A stretch of DNA of 64,000 nt from Turneriella sp. (GCA_965279515.1 CBDIID010000003.1:2848001-2912000); one strand, 5' to 3'; counted from the first letter of the stretch, positions 1 to 9,670 are shown. Made by a program: numbers and translations. Notes: a model not told the origin generated them from the letters alone.

Positions 1-699
1 GCCGAGCATGCCCGAGTGCTTATCGCCGCAATATTCATTACAAGTGATAACAAATTCACCAACTACAGTCGGCTCAAACCAAAGGCGTGAAGTCAGGCCT
101 GGCACAACGTCTTGTTTTACGTAGAAGGACGGGATAGTAAAGCTGTGGATAACATCCGTAGATGTCATCTGCATGACGTACTTGCGGCCCTTCGCCACAA
201 CGAATTCAGTCTGGGTCTTCTGCGCTTCATCTTGCAGGCGCTTAGGGTTTTCCGGGGTAGGATTGACGTTGACCGAAGAGAGTTTGATGCACTTTTCAGA
301 GTTGGTTTTAGGATTTTTGACGCAATATGGGTACTTAACATCCCATGCCCATTGGCGCGCCGTCAGCTGGATAATTTCGCCGTCTTTTGGCATCGAGCGC
401 AGTTTCACGAACGAAACGACACCGTAGTAGAAAATGACGCCCAGAATGATCGTGGGCAGCACTGTCCAGATGATTTCGGCTGTTGTGTGGTGCGTTAAAT
501 AGAGTGTCTGGCGATCGGGTTCGCCCTTGCGGCGACGGTACCGGATCACGAGGTAAATCAATACCCCTTCGACCAGAATAAAGGCCACCAGGCTGATACC
601 ATTAATCAGGTCCGCGGCAAATTTTACTTCCGCCGCAACGCTGGATGCCGTGGGCGCATGAGTAATAAAACCCATCACTGTGTTGAAAAAACTCGTCAT
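1..699 (-). CDS. coxB: Cytochrome c oxidase subunit II (runs off the window start)
   Basis: Not in the ORF track; translated by hand from ATG at 699 (GAGGGG upstream). Two TM helices with EIIWTVLP, then DVIHSF and the CuA motif CNEYCGDKHSGM at positions 42-7. Confidence 0.95.
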   Translation of the reverse strand, partial: MTSFFNTVMGFITHAPTASSVAAEVKFAADLINGISLVAFILVEGVLIYLVIRYRRRKGEPDRQTLYLTHHTTAEIIWTVLPTIILGVIFYYGVVSFVKLRSMPKDGEIIQLTARQWAWDVKYPYCVKNPKTNSEKCIKLSSVNVNPTPENPKRLQDEAQKTQTEFVVAKGRKYVMQMTSTDVIHSFTIPSFYVKQDVVPGLTSRLWFEPTVVGEFVITCNEYCGDKHSGMLG

Positions 700-738
700 T
701 CCGTTCCCCTCATTCGTGAACTATGGTGCTCAGCACCG

Positions 739-1590
739 TTATAGAGCGCGTTTGCGTTTCTCTCGTATCCACAGCACCGCCAGGAAGGCAATCACCAGAA
801 TTCCGGTGAGAATTCCCCCCAGACGCATGACGCGCCAAGCCACCAAACTGTATTTTCGCTTCACCGGGTCAAAACTATAACAAGTCAGCATCAGGCGATC
901 GCTCATCGTCTGCGAAATCTTGCCATCCGCGGCCTCGAGCAGCGCCATGCGGAAGTCGGTTTCATTGTGTTCAACCCCATAAAGATAACGTGAAACTTTG
1001 AAATCCGGGGTCGTGACAACCAGCACCGCCGGATGGACATACTCTGCATCGGTCTTTTTCGGGTTGGTCGAGGTCTCTTTGAGATACTTGAAACCAATGG
1101 CTTTTGACATGGCAGCAATGTTTTCAACAGAACCGGTGAAAAAACGCCAGTAAAATGTGTATTCCGGCAGATTCTGGTCGGTGACTGCGGTTAACCGCCG
1201 CAGGTAGTTGGCCTGTTTCATCTTGGCGAGCTCGGGTTTTTCATCGGGATGGAAGCTATAGGCAAGAACGATGTATTCCTTGCCGATTTTAAAGCGTGTC
1301 TCTTTTTCGATGGCCTGCAGAAGCCCGTTGAGGGTCAGTGTGCAGAGGTGGGGACAATTATAATAAACCGGCGCGATAATCACCGGACGGCGGCCATCGC
1401 CCAGCGATGACAGTTTCACGACCTTGCCGGTTTCGTCGGTGAGGCTCAGGCCTGAAAGATCACCGGCGAGTTTTTCTTCAACCGTGACTTCAAGCGGGGG
1501 TGGTGTTTTCGCAATCGTATCATCGGCAGGCGGATGGTCCGCCCATACGGGTATGAGACCCAAAACAAGTACCACGAGATACCGGCGCAT
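739..1590 (-). CDS. SCO1/SenC family copper chaperone
   Basis: YYNCPHLC (CxxxC) motif, conserved His (YVHPA), C-terminal TM helix, directly upstream of coxB. Confidence 0.9.
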   Translation of the reverse strand: MRRYLVVLVLGLIPVWADHPPADDTIAKTPPPLEVTVEEKLAGDLSGLSLTDETGKVVKLSSLGDGRRPVIIAPVYYNCPHLCTLTLNGLLQAIEKETRFKIGKEYIVLAYSFHPDEKPELAKMKQANYLRRLTAVTDQNLPEYTFYWRFFTGSVENIAAMSKAIGFKYLKETSTNPKKTDAEYVHPAVLVVTTPDFKVSRYLYGVEHNETDFRMALLEAADGKISQTMSDRLMLTCYSFDPVKRKYSLVAWRVMRLGGILTGILVIAFLAVLWIREKRKRAL

Positions 1591-1620
1591 ACCGGCAGAT
1601 CGCGATTGCGATTCACTCCG

Positions 1621-2595
1621 TCACACCTTTCGCCGGGTTTCTCTGAAAAAGGCCAGGATGCGGTTTTCCATATACGACTCGCGGAAATTATGTGAAAGCA
1701 GCATAGCGCAGTGGCCGCCGCGGTCGGGCATTTCGAGGAAAAAGTTTCCTGACGTTTTGGCAATATCGGTGGGATAACACTCGGGGCTCAGAAAGGTATC
1801 GTCTTTGGGGTTGAGTAGTAAGAACGGTATGCAGATGTCTTTCAGCACAGGCAAGGCGCTGCTCTCGCTGTAATAGACTTTTTCATCGGCAAAGCCGTTC
1901 CAGGGCGCGGTATAACGGGCATCGAGTTGGGCGAGAGTTTTGACTTCGCGGTCATAGGTTTTGACATCGATGTAGATCCCCCTTTTGGTGCGTTTGGATT
2001 CGAATTTCTTTTTAAAGTCGCGTAGAAAGCGTTTGAGATAGATGCGGTTGCGGAACGCTTCGATGACTTTTTGTGAAGCGGCAAGATCGATAGGCGCTGA
2101 CACGGCGACTGCCGCCTTCACCGACGCGTGGAGATTTTTTCCCTTGCGGCCCAGGTAAACCAGAGTGAGGTTTCCCCCCAGGCTAAAACCGCTGAGGTAA
2201 ATTTCACGGAAACCTTGCCGGAGTGCATGTTTCACCACAGCGTCGAGATCTTCAGACTTACCACTGTGATAAAAATGCAGCTTACGGTTGATGTCGCCTG
2301 AACAACCGCGCATATTCCATGCGACGGCGGAATACCCCTGCGCATTGGCCTGGCTCACCGTATGCAGTATATACTTACTCTGGCTCGAACCCTCCATGCC
2401 ATGCGTGAGTATCAGCAGTTTTTTTGAATCTGTCACCGACCAGTCGAGATCGACGAAATCACCGTCGGCAAGTTCGAGCCGTTCTCGGATATAGGGAATT
2501 TTCGGTCTGTGCCGCAGGGTGGCACATGAAATGGTGTGTAAATGCGGGTTCCTCAAAAACCTCGGGATCTTGTATGTCGATTCAATGACAGGCAT
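1621..2595 (-). CDS. YheT-like alpha/beta hydrolase
   Basis: NPHLHTI, HGMEGSS, GFSLGG nucleophile elbow, GGHC. Confidence 0.88.
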   Translation of the reverse strand: MPVIESTYKIPRFLRNPHLHTISCATLRHRPKIPYIRERLELADGDFVDLDWSVTDSKKLLILTHGMEGSSQSKYILHTVSQANAQGYSAVAWNMRGCSGDINRKLHFYHSGKSEDLDAVVKHALRQGFREIYLSGFSLGGNLTLVYLGRKGKNLHASVKAAVAVSAPIDLAASQKVIEAFRNRIYLKRFLRDFKKKFESKRTKRGIYIDVKTYDREVKTLAQLDARYTAPWNGFADEKVYYSESSALPVLKDICIPFLLLNPKDDTFLSPECYPTDIAKTSGNFFLEMPDRGGHCAMLLSHNFRESYMENRILAFFRETRRKV

Positions 2596-2783
2596 ATTAT
2601 CTTAGTCTATATAATAATCCTTATTTATATTAATACTAATAACGGCGTGGAAATGTGGAAAGCTTTAAAATCCCGTATTTTAAAGGCTAAGCAGGGCAAA
2701 CAGAAAAACTTAAATCCGCCTCTGACCACAAAACGGCAGCCGACGGAAAAAGGGGAAACCAAAATGAGAACAAATGTGGAAAG
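2594..2783. promoter_or_regulatory. Candidate chromosomal replication origin (basal unwinding module)
   Basis: AT-rich tract 2594-2642 (6 G/C in 49 nt) ending in TAT-TAA-TAC-TAA-TAA trios, CGGC spacer, overlapping DnaA-box-like CGTGGAAAT (2646-2654) and TGTGGAAAG (2654-2662); a second TGTGGAAAG at 2775-2783. Confidence 0.65.
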
Positions 2784-2853
2784 ATTTAACAGGCCGCTGA
2801 CCTCCCTTTCAAAAGTGCTTTCCGGCTTGCCTAAGATTACCCGCGCTGATCGC

Positions 2854-3876
2854 ATGAAAAGATTAGCTACGCTATTTATCGTTTTAGCCGCCATTTCAAC
2901 AACCACCCTTTGCGGCGGTGGCCCGAACGAACCCCTTGCCACCTTTGACGGCGGCAGCGTCACGCAAAAAGACGTTGAAAAAAACAACGAACAAGAGTTC
3001 TTTGAGATAAAGCAAAAAGAATTCCAGATCAAACAACAGGCTGCCTTTGAGACAGCGCGCGAACGCATCTTTGAAGCGGAAGCCAAAAAACGCGGTATGG
3101 ATGTGAATAAGTTTGTGGAAACCGAAATGTCCAAACGCCGCGGCCAGATCACCGAAGAGGGTATCCGCCAGTTTTATGAAACCAATAAAACCCGTATCAA
3201 CCAGCCATTCGCCCTGGTGAAAGACCGTATCCGCCAGCAGCTGATCAATAACCAGGAAAAAGGCGCCCGTGACTCACTGACTTCCGAACTTTTTAAGCAG
3301 TATAACTTCAAATTTAATCTTAAAGAGCCGCAGGCGCCGACACTGACGCTGGTAAATGACGGCAAACCGTTCTGGGGCAAGGCCGATGCAAAAGTTGTCA
3401 TCACCGAATTTTCAGACTTTGAATGCCCGTATTGCCGCCAGATGCAACCCGACGTGCAGCGCCTGAAGGCAGAATATGCAGGTAAGATAAAATGGGTTTT
3501 CCGCAACTTTCCACTCGATTTCCACGCACAGGCAATGCCGACGCATATCGCGGCGTCTTGCTCGGGTAAACAAGGCAAGTATTTCGAATTTCAGACACGT
3601 GTCTTTGCTATCCCCTACAATGGCCGCCAGCTCGATATGTCTGCAGCACAGCTGAAGAACGTCGCACAAGGCATTGGCCTGAACATGCCAGCGTATGAGC
3701 AGTGTTTTGCCGATAAAGAAGGCCGCGAGCGAGCTGAAATCGAAGCCGATATGCGTTACGGCCAAAAGGTGGGCGTGCGCGGTACACCGACCATCTATAT
3801 CAATGGCGTACTCTACCAGCAAGAACGCTCGTATGAGGCGATGAAAGATGCCATTGATAAACTGTTGAACTCTTGA
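2854..3876 (+). CDS. DsbA-family thioredoxin-fold protein with N-terminal helical extension
   Basis: FSDFECPYC, RNFPL, GVRGTPT (cis-Pro loop); signal/lipoprotein-like N-terminus from ATG 2854. Confidence 0.88.
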   Translation: MKRLATLFIVLAAISTTTLCGGGPNEPLATFDGGSVTQKDVEKNNEQEFFEIKQKEFQIKQQAAFETARERIFEAEAKKRGMDVNKFVETEMSKRRGQITEEGIRQFYETNKTRINQPFALVKDRIRQQLINNQEKGARDSLTSELFKQYNFKFNLKEPQAPTLTLVNDGKPFWGKADAKVVITEFSDFECPYCRQMQPDVQRLKAEYAGKIKWVFRNFPLDFHAQAMPTHIAASCSGKQGKYFEFQTRVFAIPYNGRQLDMSAAQLKNVAQGIGLNMPAYEQCFADKEGRERAEIEADMRYGQKVGVRGTPTIYINGVLYQQERSYEAMKDAIDKLLNS

Positions 3877-4658
3877 CCGTCACCGTTCTGGGCAGCGGCA
3901 CCTCAACCGGGGTGCCGGTAGTCGCCTGCGCATGCAAAGTCTGTACCTCACCAGAACCTGAAAACCACCGCCTGCGCGCATCGCTGCTGCTGCATGGTAC
4001 CGCGCCCGTTCTCATCGATACGGGCCCAGACCTCAGGCAACAGATGTTGCGCACCAAGGTCGAAAATTTAGCCGGCGTTTTATACACACATTTCCACTAC
4101 GATCATCTCGCAGGCCTCGACGACCTGAAACCATTTACCTTCGAGCGTGAGGGAGAACTTACCTGCTACGCCAATATCCAGACGCATGAAAATATCGTGA
4201 GCAAGTATCCCTACCTGCGCGATAAAAACCCGTATACGACTATTCCGCGTTTGAATGTCGAGATGCTGCCGGGTAACGAACAGGACGGTTACCGCCAGTT
4301 TGAAATGGCTGGCCTGAAGATACAGCCGATACGGTTGGTGCATATTCCCAAGGCTGGGGTACTCAGCACGGGGTATGTGGTGAATGGTGCATTCGGATAT
4401 CTCACGGATTTCAAGGAGATCCATCCGGATGATGAAAAATACCTCTTTAATCTCAGGGCGCTCTACCTGGGGTCACCGCTCGACCGCCTGCATGTTTCGC
4501 ACATCAGCCATAGCGAAGGCCTTGACCTGATACAGAAATTCAAACCCGGGCAGGGTTATATCGGCCACCTGTCGCACCAATACCTGCATACCGAGCTCAA
4601 GGCCAAATGGGCGGGGATTGCCCTGCCAGCCTACGACGGCCTCGAAATCAAATTTTAA
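3873..4658 (+). CDS. MBL-fold metallohydrolase (PhnP-like)
   Basis: LGSGTSTGVP, CxCxxC, IDTGPD, THFHYDH. Confidence 0.9.
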   Translation: MTVTVLGSGTSTGVPVVACACKVCTSPEPENHRLRASLLLHGTAPVLIDTGPDLRQQMLRTKVENLAGVLYTHFHYDHLAGLDDLKPFTFEREGELTCYANIQTHENIVSKYPYLRDKNPYTTIPRLNVEMLPGNEQDGYRQFEMAGLKIQPIRLVHIPKAGVLSTGYVVNGAFGYLTDFKEIHPDDEKYLFNLRALYLGSPLDRLHVSHISHSEGLDLIQKFKPGQGYIGHLSHQYLHTELKAKWAGIALPAYDGLEIKF

Positions 4659-5508
4659 AACGAAATTTTTGTACGTTCTTTTGCGCCGCGACAGAGGCGG
4701 CGATCTCACCCGTACTCATGCAGATTCCCTGGCCTGCCGCTTCTTTTTCCATTAAGGCGTCGAGACCCAGGTGACGATCACGCAGCAGCGGCAAAGAAAT
4801 GCGGATGGATTGCGGTGAGTTGGCGGCGATGGCGTTTGCACAATCATCAACGGCTGCGGCAATTTCGGCTGGCGAGCCGACCTGGTTGAACAGAGACGCG
4901 AGGCGGGGTTCCGAGGCCGAATAGATCTTTCCCGTGAGCAGCATCTCGCGGATCAGCGGCGAATTCTCCCCCTGTGCCCAGAACTCCGCAGCCATGCCGG
5001 GGTTGAGACCGATGCGCACAAAGTTCATCCCCACCTTCGCGCCCGAGGTAACAAAGCGCATATCGCAGGCGAGAGCCAGGCAAAAGCCGGCGCCGACACA
5101 GGGGCCGTTGATCTGGGCTATGGTCGGTAAGGGCAGGGTGAATAGGGTAAGATAGGATTTATAGAATTTCAGCATCGCTGCCGAGGATTCTTCTTTAGGA
5201 AGCTTCGTCAGCTGAATCAGGTACTCGAGATCGCCACCAGCGGAAAATGCCCGGCCGCGTCCGGAGAAAATTACCACGCGCGCCGCAGAAGCCTGAATGA
5301 TGCCTGCAAGTTCGACACAGCCTGCGGCCATTGTCGTGTTCAAGGCATTGAGTTGATCGGGGTTATTGAGTTCTACGCGGCAAACACCGGACTCGTCCAG
5401 TGTGGCAAAGAGTTGGTTTTGATCGTAAAGGGTTAACCCCTCCCCTCCCCCTCCCCTAATAGGGGAGGGGTTTTGGGGTGGGGTCTTGTGTGGTGAAGCT
5501 GCACTCAT
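4648..5508 (-). CDS. Enoyl-CoA hydratase/isomerase family protein
   Basis: AFSAGGDL, NGPCVGAGFCLALACD; ATGA overlap with the upstream HMG-CoA lyase stop. Confidence 0.88.
   Translation of the reverse strand: MSAASPHKTPPQNPSPIRGGGGEGLTLYDQNQLFATLDESGVCRVELNNPDQLNALNTTMAAGCVELAGIIQASAARVVIFSGRGRAFSAGGDLEYLIQLTKLPKEESSAAMLKFYKSYLTLFTLPLPTIAQINGPCVGAGFCLALACDMRFVTSGAKVGMNFVRIGLNPGMAAEFWAQGENSPLIREMLLTGKIYSASEPRLASLFNQVGSPAEIAAAVDDCANAIAANSPQSIRISLPLLRDRHLGLDALMEKEAAGQGICMSTGEIAASVAAQKNVQKFRFKI
5448..5484. repeat. REP-like palindromic element, in-frame within the crotonase N-terminus
   Basis: CCCCTCCCCT-AAT-AGGGGAGGGG-TTTT-GGGGTGGGGT; same family as the copies at 9.6, 19.0, 39.0, 52.0 and 55.0 kb. 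Confidence 0.8.
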
Positions 5509-6335
5509 AATGGCATCGTGAGAGGGAGTCTTACGGAGTGCTTCAACCCGACCTCATCCGCAATTGCCAGAACCTTCTCCGTCGCAATATTGCCCTTCGC
5601 CCCGGGCGAAAACGGGCAGCCACCGATGCCGCCCGCTGAAGAATCAAATTTCACAAATCCCTGCTCCATGCAGTAACGCGCGTTTTCGCCCGCGAGCTGA
5701 AAGGTATCATGAAAGTGCCACCAGAGTTTCTCGCGGAAGGGTGCTAGTAATCCGGAAGCTAAAAGTTCCTGAATCTGCACTTTCGTTGCGCGGCCCGTTG
5801 TATCGCCCAGCGAGATCTCATCGACGCTCTCGAAGAGCGGCAGAAACAATTTGAGATCTTCTACCGGGTGCATCGTGCCCTGGTATGCGCAGTCGAAGAC
5901 GGTCGACACATAAAGGCGGATGACCATCTGTGCGCCGCGTGCGGCGGCGATGAGAAAGCCCAGCTCGGCGATCGATTCCTGGACACCGCGGTTGATATTC
6001 TTCTTGTTGAATGTTTCCGAAGTCGCCGAAAACAAAGCGACCGATTTGCAGCCAATTTCGACTGCACGGTCGAGCCCGCGCTGGTTAGGGACGAGAAGGG
6101 AAATCTGGTTTTTCAGCTGTGGATATTTTTTAAGAACTTCGCTGAAGACCTGGTCGGAGTCGACCATCGTCGGCACTAGTTTGGGGTTCACAAGCGAACC
6201 GACTTCGATTTTCGTGAGACCGCAGGCGATTAATCTTTCGACAAAGGCAATGCGTTCTGCGACGCTCAGTACCTGTGACGCCGATTGCAAACCGTCGCGC
6301 GGGGCAACTTCACAGATTTCGAGAAGTTTATCCAT
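5505..6335 (-). CDS. Hydroxymethylglutaryl-CoA lyase
   Basis: EVAPRDGLQ, ISLGDTTG, HFHDT, GGIGGCPFSPGAKGN. Confidence 0.92.
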   Translation of the reverse strand: MDKLLEICEVAPRDGLQSASQVLSVAERIAFVERLIACGLTKIEVGSLVNPKLVPTMVDSDQVFSEVLKKYPQLKNQISLLVPNQRGLDRAVEIGCKSVALFSATSETFNKKNINRGVQESIAELGFLIAAARGAQMVIRLYVSTVFDCAYQGTMHPVEDLKLFLPLFESVDEISLGDTTGRATKVQIQELLASGLLAPFREKLWWHFHDTFQLAGENARYCMEQGFVKFDSSAGGIGGCPFSPGAKGNIATEKVLAIADEVGLKHSVRLPLTMPL

Positions 6336-7284
6336 TGGTTGGTTTTGCTCCCTTTTTGCGCGCCCGCTGGGCAGCAAAGGCGATGCCCTGTGCGTTGAGA
6401 TCAATGTCCATGCCGAGTATACCCTGCTCTTCTTTAGAAAGGTGAATGCCGCGTTCGGTTAATTCGCGGTTGAAGAATTTTTGAAAACCGGCGAAGGCAA
6501 ATTTATAGGCGTCATCACCGGTAAGTTCCCCATCCCTGAGTGGAGTAAAGATAGCTTCGATTTCATCGAGCGCCGTGGTGAGCATGCGGTGTCCGCCTGC
6601 CATGTCGGTCCATGCGCCGAAGTGCGTGGGGTAGGCACGCGCCGCTCCCGTGGCCAGTATCTTATCATAGCTGATGCGCGCTTCCGCCGCATCGAAATCT
6701 GTCGGCGAAGTGCTTGGGAAAAGAAAGGCATGTGAGCCGTGCTGTAGTAGCGGGTAGGCGATGCCAAAGGAGTCGCCGGTAAAAATGCTTTGGGACTTCT
6801 TATCGAGAATGACAAAATGGTGGTTGGCATGCCCGCGCGTATAGATGAATTCGAGATCCCGGTCGCCGATGTGCATCACTTCCCCATCGGCGGGAATGTA
6901 CACCCGGCTCTCGGGTACCGGCAAGATTTCACCGTAGAGTTTGTGAAACTTTTCGGCGCCATAGACAGAACAGGCGCTTTCCACCAGCCGTGTGGGATCG
7001 ATGACATGCGGCGCAGCGCGGGGGTGCGCAACGACGACAGCATTGGGGCAGTGTGAAAGCAAAAGGCCTGTTGCGCCGGCATGGTCGAGGTGCACATGGG
7101 TGATGATGATGTGCGAAACGTCTTCGGGCTTATAATTATTCTCTTTGAGTGCGGCGAGTAATGCCGGTACGGCGTAATTGGTGTTGTTGTCTATAAAGCA
7201 GGCTTTGTCACCTGCGCGCAGCAGGTATGCCGCCGCCACCTGCGGCAGAACATAATTGCAGTCGATCGTGACGATGTCCGTCAT
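6328..7284 (-). CDS. MBL-fold metallohydrolase
   Basis: THVHLDHAG, TRGHANHH, FTGDSFG, PTHFG. Confidence 0.9.
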   Translation of the reverse strand: MTDIVTIDCNYVLPQVAAAYLLRAGDKACFIDNNTNYAVPALLAALKENNYKPEDVSHIIITHVHLDHAGATGLLLSHCPNAVVVAHPRAAPHVIDPTRLVESACSVYGAEKFHKLYGEILPVPESRVYIPADGEVMHIGDRDLEFIYTRGHANHHFVILDKKSQSIFTGDSFGIAYPLLQHGSHAFLFPSTSPTDFDAAEARISYDKILATGAARAYPTHFGAWTDMAGGHRMLTTALDEIEAIFTPLRDGELTGDDAYKFAFAGFQKFFNRELTERGIHLSKEEQGILGMDIDLNAQGIAFAAQRARKKGAKPTNG

Positions 7285-7335
7285 CTGGGGTCGTTATTAT
7301 ATATTTGCGCGCAGCGCAAATATATAATAACATTT

Positions 7336-8109
7336 TTAGAGACTTTCGCTGTCGGAGAGGCTGAAAATCGCTTTTTCGCCGGCTTTGTACTGCTCGAATT
7401 CGTCGTCGTCATCGACTTCGGCGATCTGAACATCGCCTTTGATGACTTCGATGGAAAATTTCGGTTCGCCTACGGGCAAAAGATTCCCGAGTTCTTTGAA
7501 ACGCAGATGCACATCGTTATCGGGCCCCTGCGCAATACGTACCTTTGCCTTAAATGGTCCGTTGTTGACGATGACAGACGCTTTGCCTTTGTATTTCAGT
7601 TTGAAATCCGCTTCGGTGCCGGCAAACGCCACTTCAGAGCGGAAAGAGTCGCCGTTCGAGGCCTTGACGACGCGCAGTTTGGAGCCCTGCGCTACGGTGA
7701 ACTCACCGATTTTTTTGCGTTTGCGCATGACGCGCAGAGAAACAGACTTTTCATGCGTGCCGAATTCATTGTTGAGGGCGCTTTTGCCCAGCTCGTCTTC
7801 GATGCGTATGGTATCGTCGGCGAGAAAACTGATGAGGGTAAGCCCTGCGCCGATAGCCACGACAAAGAGTGCGGCGCGGCTGATAATCTTGAATGTGGTT
7901 TGCGCGGTTAAACGCCCGAATGTTGCCGAGACCAGACGGCCACGTGCCTTTACAGGTTTATTATGCGTTACGCTGGCAAGGTTCGTTAGCCGCGCGCGGT
8001 TCTCGTTTTGGTATTCGGCGATGGCGTCAGCCTTGGCCTGGCTCGGCAGAAATTCTGCGGCCGCATTGGCATACTTATGCGTTGTGATAGCGAAGAGCTG
8101 GTCGGCCAT
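7336..8109 (-). CDS. Single-pass membrane protein, possible FecR-like anti-sigma factor
   Basis: One TM helix followed by a beta-rich domain ending SIEVIKGDVQI...KAGEKA; directly downstream of the ECF sigma gene. Confidence 0.55.
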   Translation of the reverse strand: MADQLFAITTHKYANAAAEFLPSQAKADAIAEYQNENRARLTNLASVTHNKPVKARGRLVSATFGRLTAQTTFKIISRAALFVVAIGAGLTLISFLADDTIRIEDELGKSALNNEFGTHEKSVSLRVMRKRKKIGEFTVAQGSKLRVVKASNGDSFRSEVAFAGTEADFKLKYKGKASVIVNNGPFKAKVRIAQGPDNDVHLRFKELGNLLPVGEPKFSIEVIKGDVQIAEVDDDDEFEQYKAGEKAIFSLSDSESL

Positions 8110-8182
8110 AGAGAGGCCCTGCCCTTTGGGGTTTTTGCGGGATGTTCTGTTTGTAACCCGTGCCATACTTTCTCTAAAGAAG

Positions 8183-8209
8183 ATACGTATTTATCGGCAT
8201 CTTCGGACA
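8183..8209 (-). promoter_or_regulatory. Possible ECF-sigma promoter
   Basis: Minus strand TGTCCG-N16-CGTAT in the gap between the sigma gene and its downstream partner. Confidence 0.35.
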
Positions 8210-8265
8210 GATTTTTTCTCCATCCGCCTGTCTCGCAATTTGGTTATGTCCCATCAGTGCCAATT

Positions 8266-8796
8266 TTATTCCAATTCGACCTTTTCGATCCCGAGCTTTT
8301 TCAGCTCCTGCTGAAAGAACTGGAAGAGCTGTGAGACACGGCGCCGCAGGTGGCGGTCAGAAATCTCCAAAGTCTCGGCAATGAGCAGTTTGGGCTTACC
8401 TTCTTCGAGCATGTGGAGTAACAGAATACCCTCGCCCTTTTTATCGAAGCGCATCGCCAGCTCGCGCAGGGTACCGCGCAGTTCATGCCAGGCGCGGCTT
8501 TTGACGTTTTCTTCGGGGGCTTCGATGCGGTCGAATTTTTCTTCGGTGAAGTGCGTCAGCTTCTTGCCGCGGCGGATATAGTCGATCGCGCGGTTATGGC
8601 ATGAGCGGTAGAGCCAGGCGAGCTCGTCTGAAGTGCGTATTTTTTCTTCGCGTTTCTGTTTCAGGAAAGAAATGAAGACGTCTTGCAGCACATCGTGCGC
8701 CTCATCGTCACCGACGAAGTTGCGCAGGTATTTAAGAAGCTGCCCCTTATGCTCGCGGAAAAGGACATCGACACTTTTCTCAGCGGCGTCGGCCAT
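8266..8796 (-). CDS. ECF-type RNA polymerase sigma-70 factor
   Basis: Region 2 (AHDVLQDVF, AWLYRSCHNRAIDYIR) and region 4 HTH (IAETLEISDRHLRRRV). Confidence 0.88.
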   Translation of the reverse strand: MADAAEKSVDVLFREHKGQLLKYLRNFVGDDEAHDVLQDVFISFLKQKREEKIRTSDELAWLYRSCHNRAIDYIRRGKKLTHFTEEKFDRIEAPEENVKSRAWHELRGTLRELAMRFDKKGEGILLLHMLEEGKPKLLIAETLEISDRHLRRRVSQLFQFFQQELKKLGIEKVELE

Positions 8797-8835
8797 GGAG
8801 AGGCCACGGGGGGGCATGAACTCAGTAAGTAAAGT

Positions 8836-9573
8836 TTATTGTCGGCAAAGATGTAGGACGAATTCCTGATTACCTTTCGTGCCCTTAACTGCTGCCTTTT
8901 CGCTGTGTTCAACCATGATTTTCAGGGCAGCCAGTTTGGTTGTGAATGCCTCCAGCAGCTGGTGGGATTTCTCTCCGTCCTCAAGAATGCCGTCGACCAG
9001 CATACCGCGCTCCGCCTTGGGTAATTCAAATTGCGGTTTAAAGAGCACAATGCCTTCGGCCGGCCGCGAACGCGGTTCCAGCAGGGCGAAGGCTTTGCCG
9101 ACCATACCCTCCAGCGACGCAAATGATACGTCGGCGACGAATGCTTCGGGTTTCTGTGTGAGCTGCGCGGCTTCGAGTGTCTTAAAATCACATCCCTCAA
9201 GCACCTGAACACGTTTATCGGTGCGCAGCTTCTGGTGCAGAAGGCCTTTGCCGACGTCGATGGCGATCACCGCTGCGGCGCCGCGTTGCAGCAGCGCATC
9301 GGTGAAACCGCCCGTCGAAGCACCGATATCCAGAAAGTTTCTGCCTGCGACCGGAATGCCAAAACTTTCCAGCGCGGCATCGAGCTTCTCGCCCGCGCGT
9401 GAAACAAACTTCTTCACGCCGCGGATGCGGATGGTATCGGTTTCTTTGACGGTGGCACCCGGCTTGGTTACAGGCACGTCGTTCACCAACACTTGCCCCG
9501 CGAGAATGAGCCCTTCAGCTTTTTTTTCATCGGGGGCAAGGGCGCGCTGTATTAACGCTTCTTTCAGCTGCAT
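8836..9573 (-). CDS. tlyA: TlyA family rRNA 2'-O-methyltransferase
   Basis: S4 domain, FVSRAGEKL, LDIGASTGGFTD, DVSFAS, KPQFE, GNQEF. Confidence 0.95.
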   Translation of the reverse strand: MQLKEALIQRALAPDEKKAEGLILAGQVLVNDVPVTKPGATVKETDTIRIRGVKKFVSRAGEKLDAALESFGIPVAGRNFLDIGASTGGFTDALLQRGAAAVIAIDVGKGLLHQKLRTDKRVQVLEGCDFKTLEAAQLTQKPEAFVADVSFASLEGMVGKAFALLEPRSRPAEGIVLFKPQFELPKAERGMLVDGILEDGEKSHQLLEAFTTKLAALKIMVEHSEKAAVKGTKGNQEFVLHLCRQ

Positions 9574-9610
9574 GGTTCACCCCAAGTCTGGGGGAAGGGA
9601 GACTTTACCT

Positions 9611-9649
9611 CCCCCTCCGCAAATTTGAGGAGGGGGCTGGGGGGTGGGG
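9611..9649. repeat. REP-like palindromic element
   Basis: CCCCCTCC-N10-GGAGGGGG-CT-GGGGGGTGGGG between tlyA and ispA. Confidence 0.75.
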
Positions 9650-9670
9650 CGAAAACCGATCGGGTCATGC

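Noticed and set aside
144..152. Perfect DnaA box (TGTGGATAA) in coxB
   Set aside because: It encodes the conserved VIHS of the CuA domain, so coding constraint explains it.
2542..2853. Long N-terminal extension of the dsbA ORF
   Set aside because: It crosses the yheT start and the origin-like tract; the signal peptide begins at 2854.
9394..9406. parS half-site CGTGAAACA in tlyA
   Set aside because: Only one arm matches; not palindromic.
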